A program made the translations under genes and the position numbers. From the NCBI GenBank assembly GCA_001793895.1, contig MGIT01000001.1, positions 106,508 through 170,507 of the forward strand: 64,000 nucleotides of DNA, read 5' to 3'. The notes under the pieces are model-generated. The model searched no databases, was not told the origin of the DNA, and was given only the letters and a program-made list of their open reading frames with translations. Positions 45,514-53,984 of this stretch are shown here, piece after piece; position 1 is the first letter of the stretch, and each line of letters begins with the position of its first letter. The DNA comes from Candidatus Wolfebacteria bacterium RIFOXYB1_FULL_54_12 (GTDB taxonomy: Bacteria > Patescibacteriota > Minisyncoccia > UBA6257 > UBA9933).

Positions 45514-46236
45514 ATGTACCAAATAAACACCGCACAATTCACCGGCCCCATAGAAACACTGCTCGAAATGATCGAGGCGCGCAAATTGGAGATCACACAA
45601 GTGAGTCTTGCTTTGGTGACCGATGATTTTCTTAAATTCGTACAGGAAATGAATCTGTCGGGCAAGGAGCGCAACGAAGCGGAAATTCGGTTTCTTTCGG
45701 ACTTTGTCGCAATCGCATCGCGCCTATTATTGATCAAATCAAAAGCACTTCTTCCCTCGCTTGAATTATCGACTGAAGATCAGGAAGATATCAAAGATCT
45801 CGAACATCGCTTGAAGTTCTACCAACAATTCAAACCTGCCATGGTACATGTAAAAACGCTCTATGAACAAGAATCGGTGGCGGTCGCGCGTCCGCTTTTG
45901 CTCGGCCGGCCGACCATTTTCTACCCATCACCCGAAATAACACCGTCAACAATGCACGCGGCGATGGCAACCCTATTCGAAACCCTTAAAGCCGCGGCAC
46001 TTGAGTTCAAAAAGGTTGAGAACACGGTAGTAAGGCTCGAAGAAAAGATCGAGGAAATACTCATGAAGGTTACTGCGGGCATAAAAAGCTTCGGCAACCT
46101 GATCAATGAAAAATCAAAGAAGGAGGTCGTGGTCCTCTTTCTTGCGCTGCTTCACCTGCTACGCGACCAACATATTCACGTGGAACAACCCGACCGCTTC
46201 GGCGACATCGCCATCAAAAAATCCCCCCACGAATGA
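45514..46236 (+). CDS. scpA: Segregation and condensation protein A
   Basis: N-terminal FTGPIETLLEMIEARKLEITQVSLALVTDDFLKFV is the canonical ScpA. 240 aa. Confidence 0.85.
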   Translation: MYQINTAQFTGPIETLLEMIEARKLEITQVSLALVTDDFLKFVQEMNLSGKERNEAEIRFLSDFVAIASRLLLIKSKALLPSLELSTEDQEDIKDLEHRLKFYQQFKPAMVHVKTLYEQESVAVARPLLLGRPTIFYPSPEITPSTMHAAMATLFETLKAAALEFKKVENTVVRLEEKIEEILMKVTAGIKSFGNLINEKSKKEVVVLFLALLHLLRDQHIHVEQPDRFGDIAIKKSPHE

Positions 46237-46244
46237 TGCGGATA

Positions 46245-46292
46245 AAAAACGCTTAATAATATTGCTATAGCAATATTATTAAGCGTTTTTTA
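46245..46292. terminator. Perfect-palindrome intrinsic terminator after scpA
   Basis: Sequence aaaaaacgcttaataatattgctatagcaatattattaagcgtttttt. Confidence 0.65.
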
Positions 46293-46341
46293 TTTCAGAA
46301 TTTCTCTGACTCTTGTCGCAGTCATCCATGTCACCGCCCTT

Positions 46342-46393
46342 ATACCCTTTGGTGATAGAATATATCCACGATCAGGCGGTTATCGGGTTTCAT
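46342..46393. repeat. Left direct repeat, a duplicate of the last 17 codons and stop of the SDR gene
   Basis: 49/52 nt identical to 47041-47092. Confidence 0.85.
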
Positions 46394-46394
46394 A

Positions 46395-47030
46395 TTACAT
46401 CGGTATTAGTTTAGCGCCCTCACTTTGTATCTTCTTATATATTCTTTCTATTCCATCAATATGTCTCACCCCTCTTTCATTATTACCCGCTTGCGCTTCA
46501 TGAATATTTTTTATCCAATCTTTTAACATTAGGATGCCTCCTTGCTTAATCAACTCATAAAGATCCTTTGGTTTCACCATAATTACAAGAGACTCTCCTA
46601 ATTTATTAATTCCACTCTCATACTCATCAACTTCTTTATCAGAAAATTTATTCGACGCCAGCGCCATATAAATACCATCACTTTCATTAGATAACCCGAA
46701 GAAATGGACTAAGGAATTTCTAAGATGCCAAAGACGTTCACTGCTTAATTTATGCCACCGTGTATTTTTAACATATTCCACATTTTGGCCTATTAAACAA
46801 AATGTACGGAGCCAAGAAGTAAACCGCTTGCTTTGTGTTTCGCATTTTCCATCATATTCATACCAGTAACTTGCAAGAATATCTAACAAGCTAAAAACAA
46901 TTATCGCTTGAATTCTAGGAGAAGAAGGATAATCACATAAAAAAATACTGTTGATATCTCTTATCACATCGTTAATGAAATCAACCACCTCCTTCTTCCG
47001 CTCATTATGCTTTTCAATCATTTGAACCAA
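46395..47030 (-). CDS. Hypothetical protein encoded by an AT-rich inserted cassette; possible HEPN-like (R-x4-H) motif
   Basis: 211 aa, Lys/Asn/Ile/Tyr-rich, GC far below the surroundings. RNSLVH motif. Sits exactly between two 52-bp direct repeats. Confidence 0.5.
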   Translation of the reverse strand: MVQMIEKHNERKKEVVDFINDVIRDINSIFLCDYPSSPRIQAIIVFSLLDILASYWYEYDGKCETQSKRFTSWLRTFCLIGQNVEYVKNTRWHKLSSERLWHLRNSLVHFFGLSNESDGIYMALASNKFSDKEVDEYESGINKLGESLVIMVKPKDLYELIKQGGILMLKDWIKNIHEAQAGNNERGVRHIDGIERIYKKIQSEGAKLIPM

Positions 47031-47038
47031 ATATAATA

Positions 47039-47770
47039 TTATACCCTTTGATGATAGAATGTATCCACGATTAGGCGGTTATCGGGTTTCATTTCTCCGA
47101 TGACCGTCTTGTAAATGACCTCCGCGACATCTGCGGGCGTATGGTGCGCCTCTGTGCCTTTGAACAGTTCTTTGAACATGTTCGTCCCTACTGACCCGGG
47201 GGTAATGGTGATCACATCGATCCCCGACTGCACCAGCTCGGCCGACAACGCCTGCGTAAACGCGATCACGCCGGCCTTGGTCGCCGAATAGACGGCAAGC
47301 TCGGGAATGCCACAGAGTCCCGCTCCCGATGAAATATTAATGATGCATTTTCGTTTCACGGTACAACCGTCATGATCGGTTTCCGCAACGCCGGTATCCA
47401 TGCTCTTCAAAGCCTCCTGCGTAACAATAAACATGCCGCCCAGGTTCACATTGACCATGCTTTGCCACTCGGCTTCCGTCGTATCCGCAAATCGCTTGCG
47501 CTGGGCAACGCCCGCATTGTTGATAAGCACATCGATGCCGCCAAAACGCTTCTTCGCTTCCGCAATGGCAAGGGCGACCTGCGCCCGATCGCACACATCC
47601 CCTTCTATGACCAATGTGCGATCAATAGGAAGCGTCATCGCTTCCGAGCTTGTCGCACCATGGGAATAAATGACAACATTCGCACCTTCGGCAATGAACT
47701 TTTTCGCGGTTTCCAATCCGATGCCCGTCGCCCCACCGGTAATGAATACTGTCTTTCCTTTGATATCCAT
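47039..47770 (-). CDS. Short-chain dehydrogenase/reductase (SDR) family oxidoreductase
   Basis: TGGATGIG Rossmann motif, NNAG, catalytic YxxxK (YSATKAG). Start MDIKGKTVFITGG at 47770. Confidence 0.8.
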   Translation of the reverse strand: MDIKGKTVFITGGATGIGLETAKKFIAEGANVVIYSHGATSSEAMTLPIDRTLVIEGDVCDRAQVALAIAEAKKRFGGIDVLINNAGVAQRKRFADTTEAEWQSMVNVNLGGMFIVTQEALKSMDTGVAETDHDGCTVKRKCIINISSGAGLCGIPELAVYSATKAGVIAFTQALSAELVQSGIDVITITPGSVGTNMFKELFKGTEAHHTPADVAEVIYKTVIGEMKPDNRLIVDTFYHQRV

Positions 47771-47794
47771 AATGGTATTAGTATAGCATAACTT

Positions 47795-47920
47795 TTTGTC
47801 ATTCCGGCGGAGGCCGGAATGACAACATAAGAAGTTTGTCATCCTGAACTCGTTTCAGGATCTCATGGTAGTGCGATGAGATTCCGGCCTCCGCCGGAAT
47901 GACAAATGCGCGGTTCTATT
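47795..47920. repeat. Palindromic hairpin repeat cluster
   Basis: Sequence gtcattccggcggaggccggaatgac ... gtcatcctgaactcgtttcaggatc ... gattccggcctccgccggaatgac. Confidence 0.8.
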
Positions 47921-48014
47921 AATAGAACCGCGCATTCACCACCCTCCCACAAAAACAAAGAATCCGCTCGTCCATCAAATGGCGGACGAACAGATCCGGT
48001 AGAATTTCGCATCC

Positions 48015-48050
48015 CTGTTATTAGTTATAGGTTGCTGGTTGTTAGCCTGA
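48015..48050. repeat. (GGTTAT)-type tandem repeat 3' of rplK
   Basis: Sequence cctgttattagttataggttgctggttgttagcc. Confidence 0.65.
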
Positions 48051-48087
48051 AGTCAAATAAAAAACGCCTATGGCGTTTTTTATTTGA
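48051..48087. terminator. Intrinsic terminator hairpin downstream of rplK
   Basis: Sequence gtcaaataaaaaacgcctatggcgttttttatttgac. Confidence 0.65.
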
Positions 48088-48502
48088 CTTCGATTCCCAT
48101 CGATCGGGCTGCGCCCTTGATGATCTTTGCGGCCTGCTCGACGTCTTCAGTGTTAAGATCCACCATTTTCTTTTCGGCGATCTCACGCACCTGCGCCTCG
48201 GTAACGGTTCCCACCTTGATCTTCAGCGGATTCGCCGATCCCTTGGCGACGCCTGCCGCTTTGCGCAACAGATCGGATGCCGGGGAGGTCTTCAGCTTGA
48301 AGTCGAAGGTTCGATCTTCATAGATGTTGATCTCTGCGGGAATGATGCTTCCGACCATATCTTTGGTCGCTTCGTTGAACTGCTGGCAGAACTGCGCGAT
48401 ATTCACGCCGTGCTGACCCAATGCCGGACCAATCGGAGGAGCAGGGTTTGCCGCGCCACCCGGGATCTGAAGCTTAATGATAGTTTTGATTGCTTTTGCC
48501 AT
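48080..48502 (-). CDS. rplK: 50S ribosomal protein L11
   Basis: [35 protein letters not shown] is canonical L11. Confidence 0.9.
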   Translation of the reverse strand: MAKAIKTIIKLQIPGGAANPAPPIGPALGQHGVNIAQFCQQFNEATKDMVGSIIPAEINIYEDRTFDFKLKTSPASDLLRKAAGVAKGSANPLKIKVGTVTEAQVREIAEKKMVDLNTEDVEQAAKIIKGAARSMGIEVK

Positions 48503-48609
48503 ACTGTATATGAATTATGAATACTAAATAATGGATTATGGTAAGGAATATGTCAAGAATCTCATCTGCATTCATTCATTATTCATGATTCATGCTTCTT
48601 GATTCACGC

Positions 48610-49206
48610 TTATATTTTTTGCAACTGCAACGAGTCCAACTCGACCGCAGTCTCTCGCCCGAAGATCGGCACAAGTACCTTGATCTTTGCGTGCTCCTGA
48701 TCGATATCGGATATCTTTCCTTCGTAGTCTTTGAACGGTCCGTCGGTGATCTTTACGATATCGCCAACGACATAATCCAAGGTAATTTTCTTCTCGCCAC
48801 CTTCCATGCGGGCGAGCAGAAAATCAACCTCTTCCTTCGACAACGGCGTCGGCTCGGTAGAATCCGATCCGACAAAACCGGTAACGCGCGGCGTATTGCG
48901 CACGACATACCATGAGTCTTCGCCCATGATCATGTCAACAAGCACATACCCGGGATAGATCTTTTCCTCGACTTCCTTGCGCTTTCCGTTCTTGATCTTG
49001 ATGCTCTTTTCCTTGGGAACGACGACGTTAAAGATCTTGTCATCCATTTCCAAAGAATCGACGCGCTGTTTCAAATAGCGCGCGACGGCATCTTCGTAGC
49101 CGGAATAGGTGTGCACGGCATACCAATGCCGCTCCCCTTTTTGGGAAAGTTCCTTTTTCTTCTCGGCCTTCTTTTCCGAAGTCGGTTGTGATGTTGTTTC
49201 AGTCAT
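48610..49206 (-). CDS. nusG: Transcription termination/antitermination protein NusG
   Basis: NGN domain (WYAVHTYSGYE) and C-terminal KOW (GDIVKITDGPFKDYEGKI). Confidence 0.9.
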   Translation of the reverse strand: MTETTSQPTSEKKAEKKKELSQKGERHWYAVHTYSGYEDAVARYLKQRVDSLEMDDKIFNVVVPKEKSIKIKNGKRKEVEEKIYPGYVLVDMIMGEDSWYVVRNTPRVTGFVGSDSTEPTPLSKEEVDFLLARMEGGEKKITLDYVVGDIVKITDGPFKDYEGKISDIDQEHAKIKVLVPIFGRETAVELDSLQLQKI

Positions 49207-49243
49207 GAATAATGTGCATTAATGCGCCACGCGCAATTCTTTG

Positions 49244-49465
49244 TTATATGAAGTACTGGACAAGCGCATAATTAAATACCATGTCCAATACACCCAAAAA
49301 GACGGCGAATATGAGCGAAAGTCCAATAACCATGCCGGTTAATCGAATGGTCTCCTGCCGGGTTGGCCAATTGACCCGCTTGAATTCGAGCTGCGACTCC
49401 TGAAAATACGAGGTAAGACGTGAAAACATAAGAATATAATAAGTTAGACAGTAATTACCATACAC
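49244..49465 (-). CDS. secE: Preprotein translocase subunit SecE
   Basis: EFKRVNWPTRQE followed by one TM. Canonical position upstream of nusG. Confidence 0.8.
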   Translation of the reverse strand: MYGNYCLTYYILMFSRLTSYFQESQLEFKRVNWPTRQETIRLTGMVIGLSLIFAVFLGVLDMVFNYALVQYFI

Positions 49466-49490
49466 TAAACCTTGAGAAAATGCAAGCCAT

Positions 49491-51494
49491 TTAAGTTATA
49501 TCCAAGTTGCGCACCAATGTTGCATTTGACTGGATGAACTGCTTGCGTGGCGCGACTTCGTCGCCCATCAATATCTCAAACAATCGATCGGCTTCCTGAG
49601 CGTCATCGATCTCAACCTGAAGCAACGTACGGAACTCCGGATTCATAGTCGTTTCCCAAAGCTGGTCGGGGTTCATTTCACCAAGACCCTTATAGCGCTG
49701 CACATTTACGTTCGACTCGCTCTTTTTACCGGCGGTCATTTCCGAAACGGCCTTGTCTTTTTGCTCGGGCGTGTACACATAGCGCACATCCTTACCAAGC
49801 TGGAGGCGGAACAATGGCGGCTGTGCAATGTACAAGAAACCTCCATCGATCACCGGGCGGAAGAAACGATAGAACAAGGTCAATAACAATGTTCGAATGT
49901 GCGCTCCATCAGTATCGGCGTCGGTCATGATGACAACTTTATGGTACCGCAACTTCTCGATATCAAAGCTATCGGAAATGGCAGTGCCGAGCGCAATGAC
50001 CAATGACTTGATTTCGTTATTGACAAGCATCTTGTCGAGCCGCGCGCGCTCGACGTTCAAGATCTTTCCCTTAAGCGGAAGAATGGCCTGGAACCGGCGA
50101 TCACGACCCTGCTTGGCCGAGCCTCCGGCAGAATCGCCTTCGACTATGTACAGCTCGGAATCAGCAGCTTTGCGACTGGAACAATCGGCAAGCTTCCCCG
50201 GCAGAGTCATACCCTCGAGCATGCCTTTGCGCAACACGGTATCCTTTGCGGCTTTTGCGGCCTTACGGGCCTTTTGGGCCAAGATACATTTTTCGATGAT
50301 CGCTTTGCCATCACCCGAATATTTTTCAAAGTATTCCTTTAGCGCTTCAGAGAGCACGGACTCCACTGCTCCGCGCGCTGCCGGCGTTCCTAAGCGGGCC
50401 TTGGTCTGCCCCTCGAATTGCGGATCGCGCAGCTTCACGGAGATGATCGCCGTAATACCCTCGCGCACATCATCGCCGGTCAAGTTATCTTCCGTTCCTT
50501 TTAATGCATTTATGTTGCGCGCGAATTCATTCAACGCGCGCGTCAGGGCCGTGCGAAAACCGGTCACATGCATACCGCCATCCGATGTATAGATATTGTT
50601 TGCAAAACTCAACTCACGAGCATCAGGGTCGTCGTTATAAATAAATGCCGCCTCAACATCAATACTCTCGTAACTTTTATGCGCATAGAAAGTCTCCTTG
50701 TGCACTGGGGTATGATTGCGATTTACATAACGGACGAACGAAATAAGTCCCCCTTCAAAATAGAAGGAGTAATAGAATGGAAGATCCTCTCGATCATCAA
50801 CGATCTCGATGCGGATCCCTTTGGTCAAAAACGCCTGTTGGCGCAAATGGCTTACGATTTCTTTGCGGTCGAATTCGAGCGTGGAGAAAATGGACCCGTC
50901 CGGCTTAAATAAGACCTTTGTTCCGTTGGCCGTGCACTTACCCGCTTTCTTTACATCGTATTGCGGTTTGCCGATCTTATATTCCTGCACATACATCGTG
51001 CCTTCTTTGCACACTTCGATCTTCATCCATGTCGAAAGTGCGTTTACGACCGAAAGGCCCACGCCGTGCAGACCGCCGGAAACCTTGTACGAATCGCCGT
51101 CAAACTTACCGCCGGCATGTAATGTAGTAGCCGCGGTTTCGAGTGCGGATTTTTTTGTCTTCGGGTGAATGTCTACGGGGATACCGCGCCCATCGTCGGC
51201 AACCGTAACCGTGCCGTCTTTCAACAGCTCTACCTTAATGCTCTTGGCATACCCAGCCATGGCTTCATCGAGCGAGTTGTCAAACACCTCCCAGATCAAA
51301 TGATGCAATCCCTGTTCGCCGGTCGAACCGATATACATACCGGGGCGCTTGCGCACCGGCTCCAATCCTTCGAGTACCTGAATATCCTTCGCGCTATACG
51401 AAGCATTCCCCCTGTTGTCGGTCGGTTCGTCCAACTTTTTGGCAGCCGCTTTCCGAGGCTTTTCTTCTTCTATGTTTTCTGCTTTTTTCGCCAT
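49491..51494 (-). CDS. gyrB: DNA gyrase subunit B
   Basis: GHKL ATPase (GLHHLIWEVFDNSLDE...DDGRGIPVD). Toprim (EGDSAGG). C-terminal domain. 667 aa. Confidence 0.85.
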   Translation of the reverse strand: MAKKAENIEEEKPRKAAAKKLDEPTDNRGNASYSAKDIQVLEGLEPVRKRPGMYIGSTGEQGLHHLIWEVFDNSLDEAMAGYAKSIKVELLKDGTVTVADDGRGIPVDIHPKTKKSALETAATTLHAGGKFDGDSYKVSGGLHGVGLSVVNALSTWMKIEVCKEGTMYVQEYKIGKPQYDVKKAGKCTANGTKVLFKPDGSIFSTLEFDRKEIVSHLRQQAFLTKGIRIEIVDDREDLPFYYSFYFEGGLISFVRYVNRNHTPVHKETFYAHKSYESIDVEAAFIYNDDPDARELSFANNIYTSDGGMHVTGFRTALTRALNEFARNINALKGTEDNLTGDDVREGITAIISVKLRDPQFEGQTKARLGTPAARGAVESVLSEALKEYFEKYSGDGKAIIEKCILAQKARKAAKAAKDTVLRKGMLEGMTLPGKLADCSSRKAADSELYIVEGDSAGGSAKQGRDRRFQAILPLKGKILNVERARLDKMLVNNEIKSLVIALGTAISDSFDIEKLRYHKVVIMTDADTDGAHIRTLLLTLFYRFFRPVIDGGFLYIAQPPLFRLQLGKDVRYVYTPEQKDKAVSEMTAGKKSESNVNVQRYKGLGEMNPDQLWETTMNPEFRTLLQVEIDDAQEADRLFEILMGDEVAPRKQFIQSNATLVRNLDIT

Positions 51495-51535
51495 GTCTTA
51501 GAAAATAAAAGGCCATTGTCTGGCGCTTATGTAAA

Positions 51536-51572
51536 TTCTGTCATTCCCGCGGAGGCGGGAATCCATTACCAT
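51536..51572. repeat. Palindromic hairpin repeat
   Basis: Sequence tgtcattcccgcggaggcgggaatccat. Confidence 0.8.
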
Positions 51573-51714
51573 TATGATAGCAAAAACGAGCCAAAAAAGC
51601 CAGCGGCCAGAGGAGTAAAGCCCCTTCAAAACAACCGGGACGCTACAACAAAAAAAGCCCGATGGCACACCCTATAAAGGTGCCCACCGGGCTTTGCCCT
51701 AAAAAGAAAGGGGG

Positions 51715-52329
51715 CTATTCCAATGCCAACGGGATGCAGGAAGGGACGTCTATTTCACAACCCTCCCGATCCAAACAGATCGTGGTCCAATTGACCTCCG
51801 GCGAATATGATTTTCCAATGATCAAGCAACCCGTCGCCAGCACATTGCCCTCAGTCAGCTCATTCGGAAACTTGGACCGTTTATTACTTCGCAGGGCAAT
51901 CGGAAGTCGAGGAGCCAACTCCACCCAGCCGGTTTTATCAAGACGGATAAGAACCGAGCTATTAAACCCCCTGCGCGGAGCTTCAACGACGATCTCACCA
52001 CTACCTGTTAAAATATCTCCCGGCATAAGCGCCCGCGGCTGGGAAATTGTCGGCGTGCGCAACATGCTTGAACCGTTGCTCTTTTGCCTCTCGTAATATT
52101 CGCGAAGATCGTATGAACGCTCGTGGATCTCGTCGGGCCAACCGGGAGTTTCCAGCTCGGCCAGTCTTCCCGCTCTCATAAGGATCATTGTATTGCTTTT
52201 GCTATCAGCAAAAACGATCCCGACATGATCGCAGGCCTTGTTAGTCCGGATGACGCAATGCTTTCCTTTGTGCTCGCCCGAAATAATACGAAATACCTTA
52301 CTGTCCGGCCTAATGATAGACATGCCCAC
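51715..52329 (-). CDS. Hypothetical protein
   Basis: 204 aa. No recognisable motifs. Confidence 0.35.
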   Translation of the reverse strand: MGMSIIRPDSKVFRIISGEHKGKHCVIRTNKACDHVGIVFADSKSNTMILMRAGRLAELETPGWPDEIHERSYDLREYYERQKSNGSSMLRTPTISQPRALMPGDILTGSGEIVVEAPRRGFNSSVLIRLDKTGWVELAPRLPIALRSNKRSKFPNELTEGNVLATGCLIIGKSYSPEVNWTTICLDREGCEIDVPSCIPLALE

Positions 52330-52426
52330 ACCCTCCTCTTTCTATGGATATATATGTAAAATAAGAGCTAACTCAAACTAACACCTGCGTTGCGCACTGT
52401 CAAACGATATTTAAAAAAATATTTTG

Positions 52427-52497
52427 AGCGGGTAAAGGGAATCGAACCCTCGCTTCAACCTTGGGAAGGTTGCGCACTACCACTATGCAATACCCGC
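52427..52497 (-). tRNA. tRNA-Gly (anticodon CCC)
   Basis: Reverse complement GCGGGTATTGCATAGTGGTAGTGCGCAACCTTCCCAAGGTTGAAGCGAGGGTTCGATTCCCTTTACCCGCT. U73 discriminator. Confidence 0.8.
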
Positions 52498-52839
52498 AAA
52501 AACGATACAGGCATTATAAAGAACAACCGGACAAAAGTGAAGTCATGGAAATAAAAAAACGACCTCTATGGTCGACGCGAATAAAGAAAACAAACCCGGT
52601 TGATGGCGATCGAACGAACCCAGTATTCCACGCAAGAAGAATGTAAGAATTCCCATATGAAATTGTCTGCCCATGCGCACAATAAAATACTGTATTTAGT
52701 ATAGGGCAACCAAATAAGATATACAACACCCGCACACCTTTTCTGTAACCCCGGCGGAGCTCGCCACGTGGAAAGTAGAAACTTTCTTTACGTGGGCCGG
52801 AGGAGTCCAGCGTTTTCCGCGATAGCGGTAGCTGGACAT

Positions 52840-53290
52840 TCAGACCCTAACAATGCCGGGAATGACGATGCGAGATTGGGTGTCATCCCCGTCCGTCCGC
52901 CAGCCGGCGGACGGAGGGATCCATGGTTTTTGCAGTAGTAGGGCTGGGATACCCAGACTCTGGATTCCCGTTTTCACGGGAATGACAATACCGAGGTGAC
53001 AAAGCAAGAAAATACTCATACAAAAAGGTTGTGACCCCGGCGGAGCTCGCCACGTGGTCCGCCAATGGCGGATCGGAATGACACCATCCACGCATTGTCA
53101 TGTCGACGCCTACCCGCCTTGGTCGGGAAGGCCGGTATCCGGTGTCTTGCATTGTCATTCCGAGAGTAGCGGAGCGGAGCCAAGGAATCTGTTTTTAGTA
53201 CGGATCCCTGCTCCACCTCCGCCAGCTGGCGGATATGGCGGCACGCGGTCGATTTAATTCCGCTTCGCTATATTGCACTCGGGATGACAG
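52840..53290. repeat. Dense array of palindromic hairpin repeats in a roughly 1-kb ORF-free region
   Basis: At least six GTCAT...ATGAC-type units. A 24-nt direct repeat accccggcggagctcgccacgtgg occurs at 52748 and 53033. Confidence 0.8.
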
Positions 53291-53476
53291 AAAGAACTGC
53301 TATCGAATTAGTAAACAATTTGCCGTGTTTATTACCACCGCTTGAATTCGTTTGGTATGCGCGTTAGCTAAGCAATAATTGACTACAGCCAATAAGTGTT
53401 CTATACTTGTTCTATATTAGAATAAATACATTGAATACTGCTCACGTTTTATTGTTCTATCTACGTTCTAACATAT

Positions 53477-53938
53477 ATGTCCATAACAAAAACACAAAAA
53501 CAAATATTGGATATCTTTGAAAAAAATGGCGGGGCACTTCCTTCGTTTCGCGAAATAGCCCGTCAGATTGGAGTGTCGTCGACAAACACTGTCTCCTATC
53601 ATATAGAGCGCCTGCGAAAGAATGGCTACCTCGATATCGGACACTCCCCCCAAGGGATGGCAAACCTGTCACTTAAAACGATTCTTGCCTTGGATGCGAA
53701 GCCGGGAGTCTACGTGGTTCTCTGCGCGAACAAACCATTTTATATTGGGTCGTCCACGAACATCCGAAAGGACATTCTTGAAACGGTCATTGGCATAGAC
53801 CGGTCCCCGTTTCCACAGATCGTCGGCAAGCCGGAAGAACTGTCCATTGCCTACCACATCATCGAAAGCGAACCCGAACGGGCCGACCTCAAACAATACC
53901 TGCTCGAATTTTACCAAGCCAAGGGCATCGACATATGA
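53477..53938 (+). CDS. LexA-type winged-helix DNA-binding domain fused to a GIY-YIG nuclease-like domain
   Basis: N-terminus LTKTQKQILDIFEKNGGALPSFREIARQIGVSSTNTVSYHIERLRKNGYL matches the LexA DNA-binding domain pattern. It is followed by GVYVVLCANKPFYIGSSTNIRKDI (GIY...YIG...R). No S24 peptidase domain. Confidence 0.6.
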   Translation: MSITKTQKQILDIFEKNGGALPSFREIARQIGVSSTNTVSYHIERLRKNGYLDIGHSPQGMANLSLKTILALDAKPGVYVVLCANKPFYIGSSTNIRKDILETVIGIDRSPFPQIVGKPEELSIAYHIIESEPERADLKQYLLEFYQAKGIDI

Positions 53939-53980
53939 ACAATAAAACGGTCCGCCAACATGGCGGACCGTTTTATTGTT
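53938..53980. terminator. Bidirectional intrinsic terminator hairpin
   Basis: Sequence aacaataaaacggtccgccaacatggcggaccgttttattgtt. Confidence 0.65.
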
Positions 53981-53984
53981 TTTA

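Noticed and set aside
46395-47030. Whether the AT-rich cassette could carry its own integrase or transposase.
   Set aside because: The single 211-aa ORF fills the interval. It has no DDE, tyrosine- or serine-recombinase motifs, so mobilisation, if any, must be in trans.
52840-53290. Possible CRISPR array, considered here and at 15462-15700.
   Set aside because: The repeat units are palindromic hairpins of variable sequence and spacing. They occur singly or in inverted pairs rather than as regular direct repeats with unique spacers. No cas genes are nearby.
52498-53476. Looked for RNase P RNA, tmRNA, SRP RNA or 6S RNA in the large ORF-free regions.
   Set aside because: No conserved cores were found, such as GGAAAGTCCGG or a tmRNA tRNA-like 3' end. 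The regions consist of the hairpin repeats.
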